Notes under the pieces: model-generated
Seen by the model: the letters and a program-made list of their open reading frames with translations, nothing else
What the model was told of the DNA's origin: nothing
The model's database searches: none
In this document: positions 19,928-27,993 of the stretch, piece after piece
Numbering within the stretch: the stretch's first letter is position 1
Layout of the letters: each line of letters begins with the position of its first letter
Position numbers and translations under genes: made by a program
Assembly: GCA_038861545.1 (NCBI GenBank)
Contig: JAWCCZ010000003.1
Coordinates: forward strand, 32,001-96,000
Length of the DNA: 64,000 nucleotides
Reading direction: 5' to 3'
From: Thermofilaceae archaeon
GTDB lineage: Archaea > Thermoproteota > Thermoprotei > Thermofilales > Thermofilaceae

Positions 19928-20994
19928 GAATATTGGAGTGCGATGAAAGCCGAAGAATAATCAAGTTTCAGTTGGAAACTCTTGAGGATCTATACTTTAT
20001 ATCTTTAATTATAGATCCAGAGGATACTATTACAGCATGGACCACTCGTCAAGTCAGGATATCGAGAGGTGATGGTTCAGAAGAGAGGGGCGAGAGAGTA
20101 CGCGTAAAACTAACATTGAGTGTAAAGAAAGTTGAATTTCAAAGATTTTCTGATGTACTTAGGGTTTTAGGAGTAGTTGAGGAGGCACCCGAATGGCTTT
20201 ACGCTAAAGGGTCGTATCATACAATAGGTCTTAAGGTGGGCGACGAGGTTTTACTTTGTAAGCAATTTATAACAAAATATCATAAAAGAATCCTGGAATT
20301 AGCAGTTACACGTACAAAGGTCGCCGGTGTGTTAAGCGTTGACTTCGAGGAACTCGCAACAGGTATTCTCCGCCCTCAGGGGCTTGAAATAATCTCTGTT
20401 ATAGCCCTACCTAGAGCGCGTAAGGAGGGAAGTATCAGAGAACATCTGGAGATTTCATTGTCGAAGCATTTACATTCTATTATTAAACAATTAGAAGTGA
20501 AAAATGTTGGTCAAATAATAGCTGTAGCTCCTCAACTGGTTTTAGAAGTATTAGGTGAACAGTTGCACGGGCTCAAGATACCGGTTAAATTCCTCAAAAC
20601 CACCGAAGGTGGTTTAGCAGGCATATATGAATTATTAAGAGATGATAGGTTTAAAGAAATGATAGAAAATTTAATTTTTTCAGTATCACGTGAAGCTTTA
20701 TCCGAGTTAATAGAAACCATTATGAAATCCCCTGCTAGGGCAGCTTTGGGCATTGAAGAAGTCAAACAAGCTCTTCAAAGTAATTCTGTTAAGTTGCTGT
20801 TAGTAAGTGACGAGATATTTTTAAGCGATAAGAGAGAAGAAATAATAGGTATACTCAGATCGGCTTCCGATGTGGCGAGAGATATTGTTGTAATACCACC
20901 CTACGTAGAAGGGGCTGATATGTTAAGACGCTTCGATGGGATCGCTGCAATTCTTTACTACGATGCAATGTTTCCCTCAAATAGGGTACGCTAA
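19924..20994 (+). CDS. pelA: Pelota/Dom34 ribosome rescue factor
   Basis: ETLEDLY, EFQRFSDVLRVLG, GSYHTI, FDGIAAIL. Confidence 0.9.
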   Translation: MRILECDESRRIIKFQLETLEDLYFISLIIDPEDTITAWTTRQVRISRGDGSEERGERVRVKLTLSVKKVEFQRFSDVLRVLGVVEEAPEWLYAKGSYHTIGLKVGDEVLLCKQFITKYHKRILELAVTRTKVAGVLSVDFEELATGILRPQGLEIISVIALPRARKEGSIREHLEISLSKHLHSIIKQLEVKNVGQIIAVAPQLVLEVLGEQLHGLKIPVKFLKTTEGGLAGIYELLRDDRFKEMIENLIFSVSREALSELIETIMKSPARAALGIEEVKQALQSNSVKLLLVSDEIFLSDKREEIIGILRSASDVARDIVVIPPYVEGADMLRRFDGIAAILYYDAMFPSNRVR

Positions 20995-21079
20995 TTGTTC
21001 CAAATCGCTTCAAACACATAAAATTAAGATTAATCTCTATGTAGCGTATAACCACTTGAGGGGGCAAATAATCGCAAAG

Positions 21080-21188
21080 TGGTGCGGGGGCCGGGATTCG
21101 AACCCGGGCAGGCCTCCGCCAGCGGAGCCTCAGTATAGGCCTGACCTTAGTCAGTCCGCCCCCTTTGTCCTAGCTCGGGCACCCCCGC
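21080..21188 (-). tRNA. tRNA-Leu(GAG), 21-nt intron at 30/31 (21135-21155), CCA encoded
   Basis: Class II cloverleaf GCGGGGG..CCCCCGCACCA; BHB central helix GGGC/GCCU; mature loop CUGAGGC. Confidence 0.92.
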
Positions 21189-21287
21189 TAAACCTAGCTA
21201 ACCAACCCAGGTAATAAATTTTCGCTAAGTTAAGAATGTACTGCTTGTAACAGTATTTACGCTATGTTTTTAATTAAGTCTCTTAAA

Positions 21288-21710
21288 ATGGGCTTGGTGA
21301 AAGAGTTGAGTACAAGGCCCGTTGACGCTGGCTCTCTTAAACCAGGGTCCTTCATAGTGGTAGATAACGAGCCATGTAGAGTGTTAGAGGTGGAAAGGTC
21401 TAAGACAGGCAAACATGGGTCGGCTAAAGTTAGAGTAGTGGCGATGGGGTTATTTGATAATGCTAAAAGAACCCTGGTAGTACCGGCAGACTCTAAAGTA
21501 GAGTCACCTGAAGTTCGTAAGTTTGCAGGTCAAGTACTGGCTGTAATAGGTGATAACATAGTACAAGTGATGAATTTAGAAGATTACTCAACATTCGAAG
21601 CTCCGATGCCTGAAGATCCCGATTTGAAAGCTAGAATTGAGCCGGGTGGAGAAATAGAAGTATGGGAAATAATGGGACGTTATAAAATAACGCGTACTCT
21701 TAAACGCTAA
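21288..21710 (+). CDS. eif5a: Translation factor aIF5A
   Basis: SKTGKHGSAK hypusine loop. Confidence 0.97.
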   Translation: MGLVKELSTRPVDAGSLKPGSFIVVDNEPCRVLEVERSKTGKHGSAKVRVVAMGLFDNAKRTLVVPADSKVESPEVRKFAGQVLAVIGDNIVQVMNLEDYSTFEAPMPEDPDLKARIEPGGEIEVWEIMGRYKITRTLKR

Positions 21711-21761
21711 TGTGCACCGAAACTATTATTAGCATGCGCTATTACTGTTACTAGAATTAAA

Positions 21762-21808
21762 GTGATGAGCCAGGCTAGCTGAATAATGATCGGGATCTTG
21801 AGTGCTGA
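21762..21808 (+). ncRNA. Box C/D methylation guide sRNA
   Basis: C GTGATGA, guide GCCAGGCTAG, D' CTGA, C'-like ATGATC, guide GGGATCTTGAGTG, D CTGA; D guide complementary to a tRNA-Leu(CAA) anticodon arm. Confidence 0.8.
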
Positions 21809-22155
21809 GATCTCTTGTTAAAAACCTCTTTGATTTCCAGCAAACCTGAACACAGCATGTGGAACGGCATTCAACAGCGAACACTGGACGCAGTTTATAC
21901 GGGTGGGCCAATATATTTCGGAGCGAATCAGAAGTTTCCAGAAAGTGGTACTGGTACAACTCTAGTCTTGGCCAATCATTATAACACTGCCATACTTTCA
22001 CTGACTACAATGATATCACAATGCAGATTGCACGATATCGCAGGTTACTTGAATAAAACCGAGGTTTTAGGTGGCTAGCTTATGCTATACGTTTATTAGG
22101 GGTACACTTCTCTCGTGTACTATTAATGATATAAAAAATTTATAAATTCTATATA

Positions 22156-22707
22156 TTGCACCTTAATAAGAGTCTGCTTAAGGCGTCCCTGATGGAAGGC
22201 GTTAAGGAGAACAAGGTCGGTTGTACCAGCATAGACGAGCTTTTTCAGGGGTTAAGAAGGGAACCTCATAATTTGCTTGAAGCGCTTAGAAGGGTGCAGG
22301 CTCGTCACGGGTACCTGCCGCTTGAGGGGATTAAGAAAGCTGCTGAGTATGTAGGAGTCCCATTAGCTCAAGCTTATAGTGTCGCTACATTTTACCATCA
22401 ATATAGCTTAGAGCCAGTGGGTAAGTACAGAATACTTGTGTGCATGGGTACTGCTTGTCATCTTCGTGGTAATAATTTAAACATAGAATTTCTGCGTACT
22501 ATGCTAGGATTAAAATCGGGTCAGAAAACTACAAGTGACGGTATTTTTTCGGTAGAGGAAGCTCGTTGCTTTGGTTGCTGCGGGCTCGCCCCGGTCGTGG
22601 TAGTTCAACATTCTGGCGGTAAAAACGAGATAGTAGGTAGGGCAAACGCGCGAACGCTAAGGGCAGTTATAACGAAATACAGGAAGCTCGAAGGGGGTGC
22701 GGACTAA
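22156..22707 (+). CDS. HydC/NuoE-like [2Fe-2S] subunit
   Basis: YSVATFY, VCMGTACHLRG, RCFGCCGLAP; start may be ATG 22192. Confidence 0.92.
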   Translation: MHLNKSLLKASLMEGVKENKVGCTSIDELFQGLRREPHNLLEALRRVQARHGYLPLEGIKKAAEYVGVPLAQAYSVATFYHQYSLEPVGKYRILVCMGTACHLRGNNLNIEFLRTMLGLKSGQKTTSDGIFSVEEARCFGCCGLAPVVVVQHSGGKNEIVGRANARTLRAVITKYRKLEGGAD

Positions 22708-24696
22708 ATGTCATGGAGTTTATTAGATAAATGTTGTGAAAAATGCAAACATTCACTAGAAACCCCGTGTCCAGATGTTATAGAGTGTTCGTTAAATGGT
22801 CCATTATGTCACAGTAATGAAGAATGTGTTCAGAAAAGAAAGGTTAGAATTGAGCAGCTGCATTACGGAGAAAAGGGGGCTAAAATCAAAGTACCATGGA
22901 CAAGCTGCACACTTGCTACGGGTGCGGAGGCAATCTACCAGGTAGTTGTTGACTACATCTCAAAAAAAGGATTAGATATAACCGTGTCAATCTCCGGTTG
23001 CTATGGTCTTGATTTTATCGATCCTTGGATTGAGTTTACAGCAAAGGATATGCCCACAGTCGTCTACGCTAACGTTAAAGAAAGCAGCGTGCCGAAGCTC
23101 ATAGAAAAGTACTTTGTAAATCGAGACGTTAGCGGGGCTTTTGCGCTTAAAGAGCGAACCGGCAACACTAAAGGCGAGGATCAGATACCCTTGCTCAGCG
23201 AGTTAGATTTCTGGAGGAAGCAGTACAAATGGGTTTCTCGAAACTGTGGCATAGTCAATCCAGAGTCGCTTGAAGAATACATAGCTTCAGGCGGCTACAA
23301 AGGGCTTAGCAAAGCTCTAAAAATAGGGCCGGATGCCGTTATAGATGAAATTCAGAAAAGTGGATTGAGGGGGCGAGGTGGCGCAGGTTTTCCAACAGGC
23401 TTAAAGTGGAGAATAACAAGACAGCAACGCGCTACACCGAAGTATGCTATAGCTAATGCTGATGAGGGCGATCCAGGCGCGTTTATGAATAGATTGCTAG
23501 CAGAGTCTGATCCCTTCAGAATTGTAGAGGGGTTAACAATAGCTGGCTATGCTGTTGGTGCTAGCAGGGGCTTCATTTTCGTGCGGGCTGAAAAACCTTT
23601 AATGGCTAGGAGATTACAGAGAGCAGTTGAAGAGGCCAGAAAGTATGGCTTACTGGGTATGAATATTCTTAGCTCGGGCTTCAATTTCGATATAGAAGTG
23701 ATACTCAGCGCTGGAGCTTTTGTGTGTGGTGAAGAAACAGCGCTTATCGCCGCTATTGAAGGTAAAAGGGCTTGGCCTCGGCAACGGCCACCCTATCCAG
23801 CTGAAAAAGGATTATGGGGCCAACCTACAGTGATAAATAATGTAGAGACACTAGCTCATGCGGCTACGATTATGGCTGAAGGTGCAGAGAAGTTCTCTGC
23901 TTTAGGTAGCGATAAAACAAAGGGTACGAAAATGTTCTGTGTTACTGGGACGGTCAAAAGAACGGGTGCGTATGAAGTGCCAATAGGAGTTACTATCCGA
24001 ACCCTTGTTGAAGAGTTAGCGGGAGGCGCGCCAGAGGGGGCAAAGATTAAAGCAGTACAGATAGGAGGGCCATCGGGTGGCTGCATACCAGCTTCGCTCT
24101 TAGATTTACAAGTAGATTATGAAACCCTACAAAGCGCTGGTGCTATAATGGGAAGCGGAGGTGTAGTCGCCATTAGCGATGAGAACTGCATGGTTGATGC
24201 GGCCAAGTTTTTCCTAACATTCACATCGGCAGAGTCCTGCGGAAAATGTATACCTTGCCGAGTGGGGTTACGAGTAATGTGGAGCATTCTAGATAAAATA
24301 ACGCATGGCAAAGGTCAAGAAGGTGATTTAGAGATCTTAAAACAGCTCGCCGAGACTGTTCGAACCACAAGTTTGTGTGCTCTAGGAGGGACTGCACCGA
24401 ACCCAGTACTTTCCACGCTCCGCTACTTTATGGATGAGTATGAAGCACATATCAAAGAAAAAATATGTCCTGCAAATGTATGTGCTACACTGATTACTTA
24501 CTCGATAGATGAAAATATATGTATAGGTTGCGGGCAATGTGCAATGAATTGTCCAACAAACGCTGTATCAAAACTTGTAAGCGGTAAGTACTCTATAAAT
24601 CAAAATTCATGCATTAAATGTGGAACTTGCTATATAATTTGCCCAGTAAGGGCTGTGAAAAAAGCTAGCGGTTCAGGAGGTGGTAGAAATGGTTAA
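22708..24696 (+). CDS. HydB/NuoF-like FMN- and NAD(P)H-binding subunit with C-terminal 2x[4Fe-4S]
   Basis: GLRGRGGAGFPTG, NADEGDPG, GAFVCGEETAL, ESCGKCIPCRVG, CPANVC, two CxxCxxC. Confidence 0.94.
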   Translation: MSWSLLDKCCEKCKHSLETPCPDVIECSLNGPLCHSNEECVQKRKVRIEQLHYGEKGAKIKVPWTSCTLATGAEAIYQVVVDYISKKGLDITVSISGCYGLDFIDPWIEFTAKDMPTVVYANVKESSVPKLIEKYFVNRDVSGAFALKERTGNTKGEDQIPLLSELDFWRKQYKWVSRNCGIVNPESLEEYIASGGYKGLSKALKIGPDAVIDEIQKSGLRGRGGAGFPTGLKWRITRQQRATPKYAIANADEGDPGAFMNRLLAESDPFRIVEGLTIAGYAVGASRGFIFVRAEKPLMARRLQRAVEEARKYGLLGMNILSSGFNFDIEVILSAGAFVCGEETALIAAIEGKRAWPRQRPPYPAEKGLWGQPTVINNVETLAHAATIMAEGAEKFSALGSDKTKGTKMFCVTGTVKRTGAYEVPIGVTIRTLVEELAGGAPEGAKIKAVQIGGPSGGCIPASLLDLQVDYETLQSAGAIMGSGGVVAISDENCMVDAAKFFLTFTSAESCGKCIPCRVGLRVMWSILDKITHGKGQEGDLEILKQLAETVRTTSLCALGGTAPNPVLSTLRYFMDEYEAHIKEKICPANVCATLITYSIDENICIGCGQCAMNCPTNAVSKLVSGKYSINQNSCIKCGTCYIICPVRAVKKASGSGGGRNG

Positions 24697-25342
24697 AGTA
24701 AAAATTAATGGAACAATTATCGAAGTTGAACCTGGGACCTCAGTACTAGCTGCGGCTGAGAAAGCGGGTTTAAGGATTCCCCACCTTTGCGCAGTCAAAG
24801 ATATTTATGAAGGTGCTAGCTGTAGGCTATGCTTAGTTAAAACCCCGACGGGACGTCTCTTTCCAGCCTGTGCTTACTATGTATACAGGGATGAGGAATT
24901 CATTAGCGATTCACCAGATTTGAAGATGACAAGAAAAGCAAATTTTGAATTTATTCTTAAGTTCCATAGAATGGAGTGCTGGCTTTGCCCACGCAAAGGT
25001 AACTGCATGCTAACCGAGTTATCAAAGGAATTGGCAGTCGAAGGAATCCCTGTATGTGCAGAGTGTCCTCTTTCTCCAGAAGAATGCCTGCTAACTAAGG
25101 GCGTGTCCTGTCTTGGACCGATTACAATATCCGGATGCAATGCAGAGTGTACCGAGAGTGGAGGACCATGTTGGGGCTGCCGTGGCCCAGTATCTAGAGC
25201 AGATGTGATTGAAAACGCAGTTTTACGCTATAGGGAGCTAGGGATAGATACAGACACAATTTTGAGAAAAGCTGATATTTTCTGGAATTCGCTCCCCGAA
25301 TTCGAAGTGGTGAAAAAGGTGTTTAACACGGTGAGAGTGTAA
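24680..25342 (+). CDS. Chimeric Fe-S subunit: HydA/NuoG N-terminal half plus [NiFe] small-subunit C-terminal half
   Basis: IPHLC..CRLC..PAC [2Fe-2S] and HRMECWLCPRKGNC, then VCAEC..CLL..CLGPIT.SGC.A.C....PCWGCRGP. Confidence 0.85.
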   Translation: MVEMVKVKINGTIIEVEPGTSVLAAAEKAGLRIPHLCAVKDIYEGASCRLCLVKTPTGRLFPACAYYVYRDEEFISDSPDLKMTRKANFEFILKFHRMECWLCPRKGNCMLTELSKELAVEGIPVCAECPLSPEECLLTKGVSCLGPITISGCNAECTESGGPCWGCRGPVSRADVIENAVLRYRELGIDTDTILRKADIFWNSLPEFEVVKKVFNTVRV

Positions 25343-26625
25343 TGAATGGCCAGAATAGCAGCTTAGTTATAGAAGAAATCCCAGCAGTTGCTGGACATGT
25401 TGATGTATACGTTGAGGGTAAAGAAACAGTTGTCCGAGTTAAGTTTAGTGTTACTCAGGATCCCAGGTTCTTCGAACGTTTTCTTAAAGGACGACCAAGC
25501 GTGGAAGTACCGTACGTAATGTCACGTATATGTGGTGTTTGCAGCATTGTACACTTAACTTGTTCAATAGATGCTATAGAAAAAGCGCTCGGCGTTGAAC
25601 CGAGTGAAGAAATCCTCAAACTTAGGAAGCTAGCTAAGGGCCTAGAGGTAATCCAGAACAACTTAGTACATGTTTTAATGTCTTTGCCGGATTTCACAGG
25701 TTGCAACGATGTTGTAAGTTTTTCCAAAGGCTACCAAAACATTTTCAATAAGTTGATGAACACTAATAGGCTAGCACTAGAAGCTTACAAAAGGATCTGT
25801 GGGAGATTCGTTCACACTCCAACTCTAGGTGTTGCAGCGCACAGTAAGCCGGTAAGCAAGTACGAGCTAGAGTCAGCGGGTAAACTGCTTCATACAGTAG
25901 CTAAAGAGCTTGAAGAGATGGTCAGTGATTTGGCAGAAATATGGAGGCCTCTTGCGGAAGGATTTAGCGATCCGGCGCCTACTTACTGTGTTTTAAATAG
26001 CGATGAAGAGTACCCCCTATTTAGCCCGAGCTTATTGTTTTCTGACGGAGTAACAGTCCCCGTCGAGAAATATAGTACTGTTATAGAGGAGTTAAGATCC
26101 CCCTACTCCAACGCTCATTATACCCTTTATAGAAACGGGGCTTTTTATAGTGGATCCAGGGCAAGGATTCAAGCATATTCAAAAATTATCGGCAGCGAGA
26201 TCTCGGCGATAACGAAAATGTTGAGTATAGATCCCAGCAATCCATTCGATAATGTAAAAGCGCAATATATAGAAGTAGTTTATTTATCAAGTTTCTTAGG
26301 TGATTTGGCTTTTGATCTAGCCGAGGAATTCCGAGGAGGCATAAGCCCCTCTCACGTCGCATACTCTAGTGGAAGCGGTGAGGGAGTAGCAGCTGCGACT
26401 GCTCCGAGAGGTGTCCTTATACACCATTATATCGTAAAGGGAGGTAAGCTAGAAAGCGCAAATATCATAACTCCTACAGTTATTAATGCAAGACATATGG
26501 AGGTAGCCGGTGAAGCTTTAGTTCGAAGGCTTGTGGAATGTGGTGAAAGTGAAAAAAGCATAAAAAGTATGGTAGCCGCGCTTGTAAGAGCTTACGATCC
26601 ATGTCTACCATGTGCTGTCCATTAG
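25342..26625 (+). CDS. [NiFe]-hydrogenase large subunit (group 3-like)
   Basis: L1 SRICGVCSIVH, APRG, TPT..N, L2 YDPCLPCAVH at the very C-terminus. Confidence 0.92.
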   Translation: MNGQNSSLVIEEIPAVAGHVDVYVEGKETVVRVKFSVTQDPRFFERFLKGRPSVEVPYVMSRICGVCSIVHLTCSIDAIEKALGVEPSEEILKLRKLAKGLEVIQNNLVHVLMSLPDFTGCNDVVSFSKGYQNIFNKLMNTNRLALEAYKRICGRFVHTPTLGVAAHSKPVSKYELESAGKLLHTVAKELEEMVSDLAEIWRPLAEGFSDPAPTYCVLNSDEEYPLFSPSLLFSDGVTVPVEKYSTVIEELRSPYSNAHYTLYRNGAFYSGSRARIQAYSKIIGSEISAITKMLSIDPSNPFDNVKAQYIEVVYLSSFLGDLAFDLAEEFRGGISPSHVAYSSGSGEGVAAATAPRGVLIHHYIVKGGKLESANIITPTVINARHMEVAGEALVRRLVECGESEKSIKSMVAALVRAYDPCLPCAVH

Positions 26626-27918
26626 GTGATGAGTATGAAGGTAGCATTTTTCTCATTCGGAGCATGTGAAGGTTGCAGGTATAGGATGGTGAACGAGCTT
26701 TCTAGGATACTCAGTATAGATGGTATTGAAATAGTAAGGGAGCCCTTACTCGGGTTAGCTTCTGAAGATGAGTACGATATAGCTGTGGTGGAAGGCGCGT
26801 TAACCTCCCACGATATGGAAAAATGCAAGGAAATCAGGAGTAAGGCAAAGTATGTAATAGCTTTAGGAAGCTGTGCATACCTTGGCGGAATTACTACATT
26901 AGGGTATAAGTATGGTTTTCAAGCTGAAGAATACATTAAGAGGGGTTACAAAGAATCCATTCCACTTCAGCGAGTAATAGGCGTTGACAACTACGTTAGA
27001 GGTTGTCCCGCCAGCATTGAAGAACTAGCTAATGTTCTGAGGGAGATAATTACTTCCGGTGCATTGCCTAGATATGAGAGAAGGTTCGAGTTTGAAAAAA
27101 TCTCAAGCATCGTGTTAAAAGATGAGTTCCTTAAATTAGATACAGGTAAGTGTATCGTCTGCGGAAGATGTGTTGAGATTTGTTCCCAGATAAATGTGCA
27201 CGCACTAACGCAAGCCTTTCGGGGATTCCGAGTGATCGTGAGCACTCCTGGTCAACTGAGTTTCCTCGAAGCCGGTTGTATACATTGTGGGCTTTGTGCA
27301 GCTATTTGTCCAGTAGGAGCTGTGACTTATAGAAGTGACATAGAGGCATCATTGAAAGCCATCCGCTCTGGTGCTAGTGTAGTAGCCGAGATCACGGCTC
27401 TAGATGCGGCAGCTAAAGCTCTTGGTGTAGAGACTGGGCAGACGGTATCTTTGCTTAAGCAACTTGGAGCGTCTAACGTTAAAGTAGTGGATCCAATAAA
27501 TTTAGTTACGAATAAAGTTGGCATAGTGCCATTCAGTGTAGCTGAGGAAAGATGGATAAAAGTTATCTATCCTCAGGCTAGCGAATACCTTCTTCAACGA
27601 CCAATACTAAATGCTCAAGGCGTTCTGCTAATCACTGCTTGTGCTTCCAGGAAGGAAGAGCATACACCAACTTTAACGGCGCACGAGTTAACCATCTTGG
27701 CAAAAGGATGCGGCTTAGTCTTAGAGGATCTGCCGGCAGTTAATTTTGATTTTCAACCCGCTTCTAGATCAAACCTAAGAGTAGTTAAAGGTCCAAGCGA
27801 ATCTACCGAAGCTATACAAGAATTCTTAGAATCACCTACCCATACGTTAGTAGTGCAACTTTGCCCTATGGGTTGCGAAAAAGGATCTGGCATTCCATTT
27901 AAATTGCTTAACAGATAG
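26626..27918 (+). CDS. Chimeric Fe-S subunit: [NiFe] small-subunit N-terminal half plus HydA C-terminal half with degenerate H-domain
   Basis: CEGC, VEGA, LGSCA..GG, VRGCP, then KCIVCGRC, CIHCGLCAAICPVGA, ITACASRKEE, LTAHEL, LCPMGCEKGSG. Confidence 0.85.
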   Translation: MMSMKVAFFSFGACEGCRYRMVNELSRILSIDGIEIVREPLLGLASEDEYDIAVVEGALTSHDMEKCKEIRSKAKYVIALGSCAYLGGITTLGYKYGFQAEEYIKRGYKESIPLQRVIGVDNYVRGCPASIEELANVLREIITSGALPRYERRFEFEKISSIVLKDEFLKLDTGKCIVCGRCVEICSQINVHALTQAFRGFRVIVSTPGQLSFLEAGCIHCGLCAAICPVGAVTYRSDIEASLKAIRSGASVVAEITALDAAAKALGVETGQTVSLLKQLGASNVKVVDPINLVTNKVGIVPFSVAEERWIKVIYPQASEYLLQRPILNAQGVLLITACASRKEEHTPTLTAHELTILAKGCGLVLEDLPAVNFDFQPASRSNLRVVKGPSESTEAIQEFLESPTHTLVVQLCPMGCEKGSGIPFKLLNR

Positions 27919-27993
27919 GTAAAAATTGGAAAATTTTATTTATCAGTATTTAACTCAAAACTCATTTAGACACAATATCGAAGGGGGATTCTC

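Noticed and set aside
20936-21214. 92-aa ORF
   Set aside because: Runs antisense through tRNA-Leu
21729-22078. ORFs 21729-22001 (-) and 21815-22078 (+)
   Set aside because: No recognisable family; one overlaps the C/D sRNA; region better explained as sRNA plus decayed sequence
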